Assembly: GCA_965655095.1 (NCBI GenBank)
Contig: OZ296656.1
Coordinates: 56,606,001-56,670,000 of the forward strand
DNA: 64,000 nt
Source: Haplodiscus bocki
Taxonomy: Eukaryota
Direction of reading: 5' to 3'
Part shown: positions 23,601-35,399 of the stretch, piece by piece
Layout: each line of letters begins with the position of its first letter
Numbering within the stretch: the first letter of the stretch is position 1
The notes under the pieces: generated by a model
Database searches by the model: none
Told to the model about the DNA's origin: nothing
The model's input: only the letters and a program-made list of their open reading frames with translations
Translations under genes and position numbers: made by a program

Positions 23601-26600
23601 CACCCATCAATCTTTGACAATTTGGATGACGATGCAATGAAACGAGCAGCCACAGTGACCAAGGGAAGTCCTGGCCCCTCCGGATTAGATGCGAATCAAT
23701 GGAGGAAAATGTTGACAGGAATGGAGCAAAGTTCTGTGAACTTGAGAAAGACCTGTGCCAAAATTTCAAGACGCATTGCCACTGAAACAATTGCTCCAAG
23801 TCACTTACGACCCTACAATGCATGTCGGTTGATACCACTAGATAAGAAGCCCGGAGTAAGACCAATTGGAGTAGGCGAAGTCTTGAGAAGAATAATTGGA
23901 AGATGCATTGCTAGGTGTGTGTCGGGGGATTTGAAGCACCTTGGTAGCAACATTCAATTGTGTCTAGGACAAAAATGTGGTATTGAACATGCGATACACA
24001 CATTGAGAGAAGAGTTTGACGCAGATGAATCATGCTCCATACTGTTGTTTGACGCTTCAAACGCTTTCAGTCTACTGAACCGAAAATTAGCTCTGGAAAA
24101 CATTGAGACGACATGCCCTTCTCTTGTCACAGCGCTTAGAAACTCATATTCCGAACCCTCTGACCTTCTCGTGAATGGCACCAAGCTCAAATTGGAAGAA
24201 GGGGTTACACAGGGTGATCCATTGTCCATGGCTATGTATGGGATAGATATTCTACCTCTGATCAAGAGACTCAACGTGACGAAGACATCCGAAAAATGGT
24301 ATGCAGACGATGGAAACTCAGCAGGCGAGCTGACAAAGCTGCGTGAGGTGTTTCGTGTTCTGCAAGAGGACGGCTCCAATTACGGATACTTTATCAATGG
24401 CCCAAAATGTCAACTAATAACAAAGAAAAACATGATGGAAGAAGCGAAGAGAGTCTTTCACAACACTGGAGTTCAAATTGGACCGAGTGCCAGGGTTCTG
24501 GGCTCTGTTATCGGCGATGCCTCGGCCATGAACATGTATTGTGAAGAAAAAGTGCAAAAGTACAGCCAGATGACCGCAAAATTGAGAGAATTTGCCCGAT
24601 CAAACCCCCATCCCCTATTTTCATCCTTAACTAAGGGCGTCCAAAGCAAACAGTCGTTTATGACCAAAACGACCCCAGAATTCCACCTGAAGCTCGATGG
24701 GGTCGAGAATTATATTTCAGAGAAGCTTATCCCCACGCTAACCGGAAGAGATGCCCCTAATGAAACACAGAGAGCTTCTCTCACTACCACTGAGAACAGG
24801 TGGTCTCAACATCCAGATGCCATCAAATTACTCTGAGAACTTCCATGGTCCAAGATGACTCCTGAACCCCTGGAAAAAGTAACCCCAGTGGTAGCTGAAA
24901 ACATCCAAAATCGGATCCTCAGCGACATCAAAACTGCCAAAGAAAGAAAGAACAAGGAAAAACTTCACAATATCAAATCAAAATTGAGCGAGGAAGAGAC
25001 TTACGCTTTAAATCTGGCATCTGAGAAAGGCTCCTCAAGCCGGCTGAACGCCCTACCCCTTGAAAGATACGGGTTCAACCTCACGAAGGGCGAACTCAGG
25101 GATGGGATGTTTTATACAGCTGGGAGCCCATAAACACGCCTGCGAAATGCCCCTGTTCCCAGAAGTTCTCACTGGCGCATGCCTTGCACTGCCCCAAAGG
25201 CGGATATACAATTATGCGCCACAACGAGATTAGGAAAAGCTTCGCCAATCTGATGGATGAAGTTTGCCACGACGTCCAGATCGAGCCCATGCTTCAGGAG
25301 CTGCAAGGGGAGACCTTTGACAAAACCACCTGCTCTGACGAGGAAGCTCGACCTGACATCAAAGCAAATGGACTCTGGGGACAAAGATTTGAGCGAACAT
25401 TTTTTGATGTGAAGATCTTCAACCTGCTTGCAAAGAGTTGCCCTAGAGAGATCAAGGAGGCATACAAATACCACGAGAAGATCGAAAAATTGAAATATGA
25501 AGACCGTATCCGCGAAGTCGAGGACAGCAGCTTCAACCCGATTGTATTTGCTTGCACTGGAGGAGCAGAACCCTCAGCGAGTAGAATCATGAAAAAGCTG
25601 GCAGAAAAAATTAGCATCAAGAAGAAAGAGAGCTACCCAGACACCCTCTCCTACATCTGGACTACAGTTGGATTCGCCCTTATTAAGAGTGCTACGCTCT
25701 GCATAAGAGGCTGCAGATCCCTGAAACCCTCTGTGCCTATAAACTATACTTCCGTATCCGCAATGATATCAGAAGCTGCAATAAATGAATCGAATTCCAC
25801 CTGAGAGCATTCCAAAAGAGTACTCTAAGAGAACTATTTTTTTGATGTATTTAATACATATTATTTATTGACTGTATCTAAGATACAAAATTGGAGAACA
25901 CTTTGGTGTTGCAGAAAAATTCATCGAAAATGTTCATGCATAGGAGGGGGGGCATCCCGGTTTTGTCGAAATTTTTGGTCTCACAGGACCGAAACCAAAA
26001 GCTTGGTAAAGGAACCCTTCTGTTTTCCGGAAATTTTCTGGTATCGAAAAAAATTTATGGATAAGAGGGGGCTTATAACGATTTTCTGTCGAAATTTTTA
26101 TGTCTCACAGTGCCGAAAACTTTCGTAAGGGAATCCTAGTATTTTTGAGAAACATTTTGGTTTCAAAAAGTTTTATGGATGAAAAGGGGGTTATCACGTT
26201 TTTCCGTCGAAAATTTTTGGTCTCACAGTGCCGAAAAATTTCGTGGCCATCCCTTCAATGTTTCAGAAAATTTGGGGTATCGAAAAAATTTATGCATAAT
26301 AGGGAGTGTCACAATTTTTCGTCTAAAATTTACTGTCTCACAGTGCCGAAAAACTTCGTATAGGAACCCTTTAGTGTTTCACTAATTTCGGGTATCAAAA
26401 ACTTAAGGATAAATCGTAAAATGGTAATATGCTAGCACCGGCATATTTTTCGCCCAACTACAAATATTTTGATCAACTTTTGCAAACGGTTAAAAACAAA
26501 ACTACTGTTTTGATATTAGTTTTACAAATTAGAGCTCTTACAAACATCAATTCCACCACTGATTTCTGTGCTTTATGCAGAAGGGTATCACGATTTTCTG

Positions 26601-29541
26601 TTGAAAAACTTTCGTCTCACAGTGCCGAAAAATTTCGTCGAGGAACCCTTCTGTGTTTCAGAAAATTTCGGGTATCGAAAAACTTCATGCCTAAGAGGGG
26701 AATATCACGATTTTCTATACAACCTTTTTTGTCTCACGGTGCCGAAAAAGTTCGTACGGGAACCCTTCAGTGTGTCACTAATTTCGGGTATCGAAAAATT
26801 TTATGCTTCAGAGAGTCACGACTTTGTGTCGAAATTTTTTTTGTCTCACAGTGCCGAAAAATTTCATAGGGGAACCCTTCTGTGCTGTGTTTCAGAAAAT
26901 TTCTGGTAGCGAAAAAGTTTATAGATAAGAGGGGGGGGGGGAGTATCAAGATTTTTCGTCGAAAATTATTTGTCTCGCAGTACCGAAAAATTTCGTGGGG
27001 GAATCCTTTAGTGCTTCATTAATTTCGGATATCGAAAAATGTTAGGGATAAGAGAAGGGGGGTTTCACGATTTTCCGTCGAAAACTTTTTGTCTCACAGT
27101 GCCGAAAATTTTCGTAGGAACCCCTTAGTGTTTCATTAGTTTCGGGTATCGAAAAATGTTAGGGATAAATCGTAAAAAATTTTGGCAGGGCAGTGACTCG
27201 AACCCCGAACCTACTGCTTGAGAACCTTGTTGTCCAAAGCCTACCGCTGTCATTTATTTTTGAATTAAAAGAGTTGGCAATTTTGGTCTGAAAAAAAAGA
27301 AAAACGACCCTACTGAATGAATAATTTTTCTAGTATATTATATATACTGCGAAAAATAATAAACATCTAAGAATCAGAGCATCATAATAACTTGTCTGGA
27401 TTTACCAGGCATTTTTCAAAGACGGATAAGACATCAATGACGAGTATGCTTAGGTAGAACTAGAGATAATTTCTTGTTAGGAGACAGAGACCAAAAGGAG
27501 ACTGAAACGATATTCCTCGTTCAATCTCTGTCACACGGTTCCCTATCGGGCGTTTAGGTTTTTTCCTATCATAATGTGAGCTAAAACAAAAACAAGTTCA
27601 GAAAATCTCACGATTCTTAATCGCAATGAAAATTACAACTTTTGTTTTCCGACTGCCCACTTCAACACACCCTTATAAAAGTGACTTTATCCTGCCGTAG
27701 GCGGGTTGCGAATGCTAGTCACATTCATCCTCTTAAAAATAATGTTCGATGACTGGACACCTTTTGTTGGAACTCCACTATGGCTGTAGAGCATGGACTC
27801 TCTTCGAACAAACTCAAATGCATTCTTTGCATTGCTAGCACCGCTTCTGCTCAAACCCGAAACACTTAAACTCTCGGAGGTCCAAATGATAAATAATAAA
27901 AACTGATGTTTTAAGCGTGCTCTTGTGAAAACCCTGAATAAGAAAGCAATACTCGAAGATGAAAACTTACCAGCAAAGTGGTCGGTTTTCAAGTTGTCAT
28001 CGAGGGCTGCCAACGCATTTGATTCCACAGACTCCAAAAAAGCGAGAAGACTCTGAAAAATAAATGGTTTACATTTTGGCAGTCAGAATACTACAAGCAA
28101 TAACCGAGGATCATCCAGAGGCATACTTACGGGATGGTTCAACGGCACAGATTTTTTGTCGATGGCTCCTCGTTCTTGAGTTTGTGCCTAAAGTAATTCA
28201 ACTCGTGAAGCATTCAAGCTTAAGATTGGGTGAGCATTCGACGTCATCTTGCGAACACATCACTGAAGATTTTCGCGATCTTCAGTTAATAAGGTGTAGA
28301 TGATTTCCACTTCCAATTTTTCTAGTGTTTCTAACAAGTTTTCAGCTGCATTATATAATATAAATACGAAGTACTCCTAAAAGAAACATCGACAGCGAGA
28401 AATTCGGACGATCCAACACTTTATGTAAAATCAAGCGGTTGGAAAAACGGCAAAACGGAGCAACTCCATTTATTTAGCGAGAGCATACAAGCAAGCAAAT
28501 TCAGACTTTAGCATTGATGTGCAATATCATCGACTGACCAACTTAGAGTTATGTGATATTTTGTTTCAGACTGAATGCCTGTAATAGCTGACCTATCACC
28601 GGTAAAATAAACCATTTAAAGAAGCTAATTGAATCAATGACAAAGTAGGTGGAGGTAGTGCGTTAAGCAGACAAGGCAATAAAAAAACAAACCAAAAAGC
28701 AGAATAAACTACGCCAGATAGCTATTCTTTGCAAGCTGAGTGTTCTCCGGAGTAGTTTCAATGACTAATCAAATTGAAGCATTCGTTCGTTTTCATTACT
28801 TTTCTTTTTTGTCTCAGATTAAGTATTTTCTGTTTCATTGCTTGTCTGTCTAACGCCGGGGCTCCAAGTTAGACGTATTTTTGTCCGTAAGTAAATGATA
28901 CCTCATTGATATGAATAACGCCAGGATAACTCCCTACATTTTTCCATCTTCCAACTTCGTTCAAAAATGCACGGCAAAAAAGGCATTCAGAAAGGAAAGC
29001 GATGTTGTTGAAACATCACTGGCGAGGAAAAAAAACCAAAATTTCTGAGGCGTAATTTTCCAACGCTTAGAAAATTGGACCATAAAGTTATCGACAAACT
29101 TCGTCACAACCTAAAAACTCTGTAAAACAGATTTCGGTCAATTAATAATTTTTGAACCAAAACTGATATTGAATACGCATTCTGGGACAAAATTCGTAAA
29201 TTTCCATGGCATGAAATATTTATCGCGCAGCACTGTCAAACTTATCCAAGTGCTGCCAAAGACAATTCTTCGTTGAAATTTGTCTTTGAGTTGCGAAAAC
29301 CTATTTTCAGTTGCATTTATCGGCCAGTATGCTTAAAACCCATGACTATGCTAAAAGTAAGGGCAATCATAAATCTTACTTCAACATGCTTCCTCTTCAA
29401 AAGCTGAGTTGAACGAGAAGCGAAAACTCTTGGGTCTGTCTGAATTAAGCAATCTCGGATGTACCTCTGCTCGTTCTCTTTAGCATCGTAGCTTGTAATT
29501 TCTACAACTTCTGACGTTACATCAGAGAATATTAATGACAT
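14536..29541 (-). CDS. WDR34: Cytoplasmic dynein-2 intermediate chain 2 (WDR34), complete 12-exon gene, 561 aa
   Basis: Exons 29541-29380, 28187-28131, 28052-27971, 20037-19712, 19643-19569, 19393-19187, 17775-17696, 17631-17561, 17026-16913, 16694-16537, 15157-14934, 14665-14536. All GT-AG, phases consistent, total 1686 nt. Motifs LSWNSQG..HEDWCLHK, LAFHP..AAGSFNGEV, FIVGSETGGLFKC, CPFHRN, WSPFRPMVLAA. Confidence 0.92.
14934..15157 (-). CDS. WDR34: WDR34 exon 11
   Basis: tttcag|AEPSLTL..VDWSPFRPMVLAAVTQSGKLFLFDL..KFNIS|gtac. Confidence 0.9.
16537..16694 (-). CDS. WDR34: WDR34 exon 10
   Basis: ttttag|..APHFCPVTYVATCPFHRNIVTTCSTDATIRVYNVLQ|gtcagc. Confidence 0.88.
16913..17026 (-). CDS. WDR34: WDR34 exon 9
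   Basis: ttttag|..TFSQDQTSFIVGSETGGLFKCSF..|gtaagt. Confidence 0.88.
17146..17537 (+). mobile_element. Complete intronic copy of the ~390-bp Helentron/HINE-like family
   Basis: 5' hairpin gcgaagc..gcttcgc; 3' hairpin acacttgc-tttt-gcaagtgt; no TSD seen. Confidence 0.7.
17561..17631 (-). CDS. WDR34: WDR34 exon 8
   Basis: gtttag|..QVLLAESLTSAKLRSTTGDASLG|gttagt. Confidence 0.8.
17696..17775 (-). CDS. WDR34: WDR34 exon 7
   Basis: tttcag|LASAGQDGKILLSSLDERNKQLTLLS..|gtaagt. Confidence 0.88.
17966..18268. mobile_element. Intronic MITE-like foldback
   Basis: ggaccaagtgaaca-poly(C) at left, poly(G)-tgttcacttggtcc at right; internal direct copies of aagtgaccaagtgaacaat. Confidence 0.6.
18442..19178 (+). 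mobile_element. Copy of the ~390-bp repeat family, split by a nested MITE
   Basis: Both halves align with the 17146-17537 copy. Confidence 0.7.
18567..18949. mobile_element. Mutator-type MITE with 9-bp TSD
   Basis: TSD ctcataaat at 18558-18566 and 18950-18958; TIRs ggt..catagcgtcgaaa / tttcgacgctatg..acc with subterminal repeats. Confidence 0.8.
19187..19393 (-). CDS. WDR34: WDR34 exon 6
   Basis: ggcag|GCLTTLAFHPCNPSLLAAGSFNGEVFIYDLS..HTEPISTVLW..FM|gtaagc. Confidence 0.9.
19569..19643 (-). CDS. WDR34: WDR34 exon 5
   Basis: ttttag|SQIVLWNINRNNIDPKKPHNSLECT|gtaaac. Confidence 0.88.
19712..20037 (-). CDS. WDR34: WDR34 exon 4
   Basis: atttag|..YDVDWNEE..VSCLSWNSQGNLFAAS..HEDWCLHK|gtaagt. Confidence 0.9.
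22610..22640 (+). other. Putative spliced-leader exon copy GCCTAATTGTTGTGATAAACTTATTAAATAG
   Basis: Lies at the 5' end of the element; 27-nt exact match to 31996-32022 at the 5' end of an unrelated LINE. Confidence 0.7.
22654..25804 (+). pseudogene. PHD-RT-RLE polyprotein, broken into four ORF pieces
   Basis: PHD GCTTCGNWYHLKC..YTCKYC; RT LDKKPGVRPIGVGEVLRRIIG, FDASNAF, EGVTQGDPLSM, WYADD; HCPKGG..RHNEIR knuckle; RPDIKANGLW..FFDVK endonuclease. Confidence 0.9.
27971..28052 (-). CDS. WDR34: WDR34 exon 3
   Basis: tttcag|SLLAFLESVESNALAALDDNLKTDHFA G|gtaagt. Confidence 0.85.
28131..28187 (-). CDS. WDR34: WDR34 exon 2
   Basis: ctttag|AQTQERGAIDKKSVPLNHP|gtaagt, phase 0/0. Confidence 0.8.
29380..29541 (-). 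CDS. WDR34: WDR34 exon 1 (coding part)
   Basis: MSLIFSDVTSEVVEITS..LIQTD..STQ..HVE|gtaaga; QT/TQ motifs typical of dynein intermediate chain N-termini. Confidence 0.8.
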
Positions 29542-29999
29542 TTCAACGATTGACCAAACGGTCCCCTACATGTACTTCTGAAACATGACATACATCCATT
29601 CCGTTTTAAACCGTGTAGTTAGCATGAACGCAAAAAAAATCAAGACGTCACCGCTAATGGCATGATTAGATCTAGTCGATAAAGGTAAAATGTGCCCCAA
29701 GCCCAATCGACCAACACGGAAAAAAACAAAGAATTGAATAAAACGGTAGTTTATATATTCAAAAGGGAAACTAATCAGGTTTATTTTGCGAATTGAATTT
29801 TTTCATTATTACGCTGTTCGTCTGTGTCCCGAATTAATTTCTCGTGTGTAGAACAGTTGTCTTCTTCATTTTTAATTGATGGTACACCACAGGGTGGCAT
29901 CTTCCCAACGATTGATGATCTGAAAGGCACGAAGATTCATGACGAAAATCTTCGCCATCTGGGGACAGACTAAAAAATCAACAGGACATAAACTTGAAG

Positions 30000-31860
30000 A
30001 TTTATATTGAAGTTTTCTTGTAGTTCATTTCTACTCTCTCTACACACAGGTAGACTCCTGATCTGCAGGCTGTCTGGCTTCTGTCAATCAGCTCCTTCCA
30101 TGGACGACCACGTCAATCCGGAAAAATTCTATTGTGTATTCCATTTATTCAGCCTCGTTTGAAAGAAAACTTGCACCTTCTATCACGGCTTCTGTACTCT
30201 AGAGTGGGTAGCTTCGACAAGTCTTCCAGGATGTCCTTTTCATAAGGCTTGGCATCAGCCTGGCTACTCGCCATTTGAATTCTCAACCGCTAATTTGTCG
30301 TCTTTTTTTTTGAGGTAAGATTCAATAAGATTTGTGACCTCCAGATGAGGCATCGTCAACTCTTTGTAAAAAGGTTCCCATGATGTCCTTGGTAATTTCA
30401 AAAAACCTTCTCTGACTAATTCGATCCTGCTATCAGCTATCTTGATTTTCTAAAATATGTGACTACTGCACAAGAGTGTGCAATCGACTACTACTCTCAA
30501 TCGTTCATTTTCTACATTCCTGAATGAAATTTTGCCATCTGTGGAATGAATTTTGCTCCGGTTATCTTCCGCTCATATGCACATCATGGAAGATCATCCA
30601 ACAAAGCGAAGCCTCAATTGTCAATTTTCCGAGCAGAATTCCAGATTCTGATTTTTACCGCCATATTGTAACAAATTTGCCGTAGATTGAGACTGAAGTA
30701 ATAATTTTCAATTACATACGAAAATTGTAACTTTTTAACGGTGGTCAAAATCGATGAAGGTAGCAAACTTACTGTAGAAAGCCACCAAATGATGCCGATT
30801 CATTCGAAATGTTTTTCATCTTAATTCTGAGGTTTTTCCAGAAAATCAGAAAACTTTCAATTCTGGAAAAAATGGAAAATTCGATATATTTTTTGAAAAT
30901 TTTCCGCGAAAATTCCTATGCACCTTCTGTAATCATTATTATAACTCTTGAATCATCCGAATAGAAAAAATTTTTCGTTTTACTCATTCTGTCAATGACT
31001 TTGTATCGCCCGATGATTATTGGTCCGAAGATCAATCCTTTAGCACGCCACTCAAATGTTGCCCATGAAGAGTAGGTGTCATTCACTGCCAACCGCTCCC
31101 TCCGATAGGTCAAAAAATCGGTGACCTAGTCATCAGTTCTACCTCCTAGCCCATAATTAGCTTTGGTCTGTACCATTCTTATAGGTGGGACTCTCCAGAA
31201 GGCCTTTTGGAAGTAAACGCAACATTTCGTTGCCATCTCTAAGTCTGGGTCCCGTCAACTAGCGTTCTCAGAAGCTGTACACTTCTTCAGCAACCGGGTA
31301 AACCCAAATTCTTCGTCCGATAACTTTTTTGACCGAAGAACTCAAACAAGGGTCTACTAAGGCTCTTTCAATAGATTCAACAAAGTAAAGTCAAAGTTAC
31401 AACTGTAACTGTTTGGGTCGGTTTTTCTTTCTATTGCCGCTATTTGAACACATTCTTAACTGTCGGGGAATTCACACATTAACTCTCGGGGATTTCAGTT
31501 TCTCCGAAGCTTTTCATAGAGTTGGAGCTGCTCCAGTTCTTGTGTCGTACTGAGCCCGCGTGTGCAAGTTATCTAGTCCCAATAACTTAGTTCCATAAAA
31601 TTTTTCATGTTCGACCTTGCTATGTTGTATTCGGCGAACTGTAATCCATCGGAGTTGCTATTCTTGGTTTTTATTAAAATCCCAACCGCCAGGGTTTCCT
31701 TTTGTATAATCTGAGTTGAAGATAGTTGCTAGAGCTTCCAATTTTTCGTTGTCCAAAGTTGCACCTGTTCTGTCCTGCTTGAAAAGAATTTTTAGCTGCT
31801 GTTGTTCAAGAACCGTTTTGGATTAGGCCTAATTTAACTGGTCTGTCATTCCCGCATGAG
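30000..31860 (-). mobile_element. Heavily decayed CR1/L2-like LINE fragment (RT region)
   Basis: Remnants YFQKAF, frameshifted SGVPxGxxxGP region and FYSDDSR (ORF 30916-31113). Confidence 0.65.
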
Positions 31861-31995
31861 CGAAACATGCGATATCAACAAATCCCTATAATCAGGTTAA
31901 GTTGTATATGTATGAAGCCACTGTTGTCACTAATATTAAGGCAAATTTTTTCATCTTTACGCCGGATAAAACTAAAGATGCAACTTTACTTCTTT

Positions 31996-32024
31996 CTAAT
32001 TGTTGTGATAAACTTATTAAATGG
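31996..32024 (+). other. Second putative spliced-leader copy CTAATTGTTGTGATAAACTTATTAAATGG
   Basis: 28/29 identity to 22612-22640; directly after the TSD and 15 nt before the ORF1 ATG (32040). Confidence 0.7.
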
Positions 32025-32039
32025 TGTGTTTCATATCTG

Positions 32040-32828
32040 ATGGCAGCTGCGAGGGGCCGCCGTGGTGGCTCCGTATCGGAGGACAACTGTGTCAAATGCA
32101 AGAAAAAGAGCGGTGGCTGCTGGTTTCAATGCGATGCTTGCGACTCCTGGACCCACGCAGAGTGTATGTCTATGACAGCAGAGGAGTACCAAACGCTGAA
32201 GAAGTTTCCAAACTTCAGATACTAATGTGACCATTGTTTCCCGAAGACAACTGTCAATGCCACATTGCAATGCGCAGAAATAAAGAACAATTTCTCGTCC
32301 CTTGAAAAGAAAGTCGAAAAAGCACTTCAATTCGTCGAGAAAAAAGTGAATGAAAGTGAAATGAACACTCCCGAACACGTACGCAAACAACATTCACAAG
32401 ACTGTAGTACCGGAACTCGAATTCAAAACGTCCCGAAAATTGCATCACAAAACTCAGCGCAGACGCTTCAGCACGACATGAAGCACGTCATGGCTATTTT
32501 GAAGCATACAATTGGCGAAAAACCCACTATTTCCCACTGCTTCCGAATTGGTGAATATGACGAAACCAAACGAAGAGGCACCATCGTGAAGTTCTCAAAT
32601 ATTTGGACGACACGAAAAGTCCGGCATTTTCTCACTATATGAAAGATTATCCAGCTGATTACCGTAAATTAATATCACGTGAACTAACAAACAAAGAGCG
32701 TATAGTATAAAGAGCTCTCCTTATGAAGCGTTGCGATCTCTTTGAAAATGGAACAAAACGGACGTCTTTCAGAATTCGTAACTTGAAACTCTATGTTGAT
32801 GGAAACGAGCAACCGGCAAATTTATGAC
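32040..32828 (+). pseudogene. LINE ORF1 with PHD finger, coiled coil and RRM-like region
   Basis: CVKCKKKSGGCWFQCDACDSWTHAEC..Y*CDHC; CFRIGEYDETKRRGTIVKF. Confidence 0.85.
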
Positions 32829-32845
32829 AACCAACATACTGCAAT

Positions 32846-35399
32846 TTGATGTTGATTAACGCTCGCTCAGTAAAGAAACCCAACGTTGTTTTCCATTTAT
32901 CCACTGATCTTGCTGCACAATATTTAGACTGGTGTTTTGTCACGGAATCGTGGCTAAATTCTGACATCGACGAACTTTTCATCTCAATTCCAAATTACAA
33001 TCCCTTTGGCTGTGACAGATCCGCAAAAAACTCAAAAAAGAACAACCATGGAGGTGGCGTATGTTCCTACGTTCGGAGCAATTTCTAATGTACCCAGGTA
33101 TACCTTCAAGGCAATGAGCAATTCGAAGTATTGTGGTTAGAAAACGATTTTATGAGTCTCTGTGCTCTTATTTGTGTTGCCTACTACCCATCCATTTGAG
33201 ATTATGACAAGGACCTGTGTGCATATTTGATTCAGGCTTACGAGCATCTCTGCCTCGCAAAAAACTACTGGCAGTTTATTATGTGTGGTGATTTCAATGA
33301 TCTTTGCATCGACAATGTCATTGCGGAGTGCAACTTGACGCAGATCAATTTTGAACCCACACATAACAATAAAGATCTCGACAAAGTTTTCGTTTCTTGC
33401 CCATGGAAAATATCGACAACTCAAACCGTTATTCCGACTGCTTCAACAGACCACGATTGAGTATTATGTTCTTTGCAGACTCCCAGGAATGGAAAAAAAA
33501 GTCTTTTTTTTTCAGAGACCAACTTGAAGGTTGCTGCCAAATGTGTTACAAACTTCTTCGTGATGCGAATTATAAATGTGTGTACAGATCAATGGATCCC
33601 AACGAAGCTCTGTGTCAACTAAATTCTATCTTGTATTCCGCATTTTACATCTCCTGTCCAACTCGCCAAGTGACTGTCCGTGATCGAGATCCGATCCACG
33701 TTACCCTTGCCGTCAAATTGCTAATAAAACAGCGAAACAAACAATTACGCAAACAAAATGCAGCTAAAGTTAAAGACTTGAACGCGCGTATTCGAAATCT
33801 TGTTCAGAAGAACTGCCCAATTCTCAATAAAGTTGGCTCTCGCAACTGGTGGACACATATCAATAGTCTTTCGAAAGATAAACAACCTGCTTCGCCTGTG
33901 AACGTTGATGTGATATCCTTAATCGGTATTTCAATTCGTTTTCAAATGACACTAACAGCCAGCCACAATTAGAGAAAATTGAATTTCCAAAACGAGAAAT
34001 CCCTTAATCTTACCCCCTAGAGGTTTATCATTAACTGAAGAAACAAAAACAAACGTCACATGAATCTAGTGGTCTTCCCTTTCGGATATTTACTCACGCA
34101 GCTGAAACTTTAGCAGAACCCATTTGCTCGTTGTTTAATCTTATCTTACTCTCACGCACTGTCCCTGACTTTTTCAAGATATTTAATATCAGACCTATTC
34201 CAAAAGTTGCTTGACCAACACTTCCGAAACTTTTTTGACCAATCGCAGTCACTCCAATATTGTCGGGGTTAATTGAACGCATGCTGTACGATAAATGCAT
34301 GAAGAAGCCCTATAACACTTATATTTGCTCGAAACAATTTGCTTTTCGACAGAATAGTTCAACGTGCAGCGCCCCTGTTAACCTACTTCATGACGTGTAT
34401 TCTCTGCGAAGAAAAAATTACAACTATATTCGACTTATTACACTGGACATGTCAAAGGCCTCCGACACTATTCAGCAATCGGAAATCTTCAAAAAAATCT
34501 CCCGATGTGTACCTCTGCTTAACGAATATGTGGTGGACGGTTTAAAGTGTTTTCTAACTTCTCGCAGTCAAAACACATCATTGGTTTCCAGATTCTCGAC
34601 GCCGGCTTCAACTAATCTCAGTGTTCCCCAGGGGACAGAAACGGGTCATATTATCTTCAATCATGCCGTCAATGACACCTTTCGATGCGAATTTTTAATG
34701 TCACCTAGTACACGAATCACAGTATATGCTGATGATAACAGTCCTTTGATTGGCGGCACTTTTACAGGCCGAGACAACGCATTCGATAAAATACCTAAAT
34801 CTGGTGACCACTTCTGCTCCAAGAACCTCTCTTTCAACGCTCCCAAAAGCTACAAAATGCTGTTGAATTCTGGTCAACATGACGTTCCACTTATCTCTGG
34901 CATCGACAGAAAGTCTTCTGTTAAATTACTTGGCATCTTATTCGACGAAAAGTTGAGTTTCAATGATCATGTGAAATGCATCACAAAACGAGCCACTGCC
35001 AAGTTATACGTTTTTTTTTCGGTTAAGGAGAATTGGGTTCTCTATTTGTGAACTAACACTTCTCTATAAGGCTCTGGTATTACCCACACTTACGTATTGC
35101 TGCTCAGTTTGGGGCGGAACATCTGATGAGAACCTCCGAAAGATTAACAGAGTTCAGTCTAAAGCAGTTCTTCTTGGGATCATCAGGGAGCACACTCCTA
35201 TAAAAGACATCATTCGTGTACCCGATGAAAAATTATACAAACAGATCCCTTGATCAAGGGGAGAATCATGTCCTCCACGAAATACTGCCAAAACGAACCA
35301 CAGGAACGTTCTGTTTATGAGAAAAAACACCAGCATTACTAAATTTGAACACGAACTAAGACTGTTTCCCTCTCGTATACTGCGTTCTTATCAGGTATA
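32846..35399 (+). pseudogene. LINE ORF2 (AP endonuclease + reverse transcriptase), frameshifted
   Basis: INARS, VTESWL, GGGVCSYV, CGDFN, LDKVF, TDHD; RT QFAFR, LDMSKASD, VPQGT, YADD, KLLGILFD. Confidence 0.9.

Larger units (their letters stand above)
22608..25889 (+). mobile_element. Near full-length CRE-like (RLE-type) non-LTR retrotransposon, antisense in WDR34 intron 3
   Basis: 11-bp TSD attggagaaca (22597-22607, 25890-25900); one frameshifted ORF with PHD finger, RT and restriction-like endonuclease. Confidence 0.9.
22023..27362 (+). repeat. Satellite-bearing dispersed element with diverged ~110-125 bp tandem units and a reverse-oriented tRNA-like segment near its end; split by the CRE-like insertion
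   Basis: Recurring core gtctcacagtgccgaaaaatttcgt..ggaaccct..ggtatcgaaaa in 22190-22607 and 25900-27170; head ctagcaccggcatatttttcgc at ~22037 and ~26432; B-box-like ggttcgagtc on the - strand at ~27195-27204. Confidence 0.8.

Noticed and set aside
23312-25620. Minus-strand ORFs of 64-141 aa within the CRE-like element
   Set aside because: Antisense shadows of the RT ORF.
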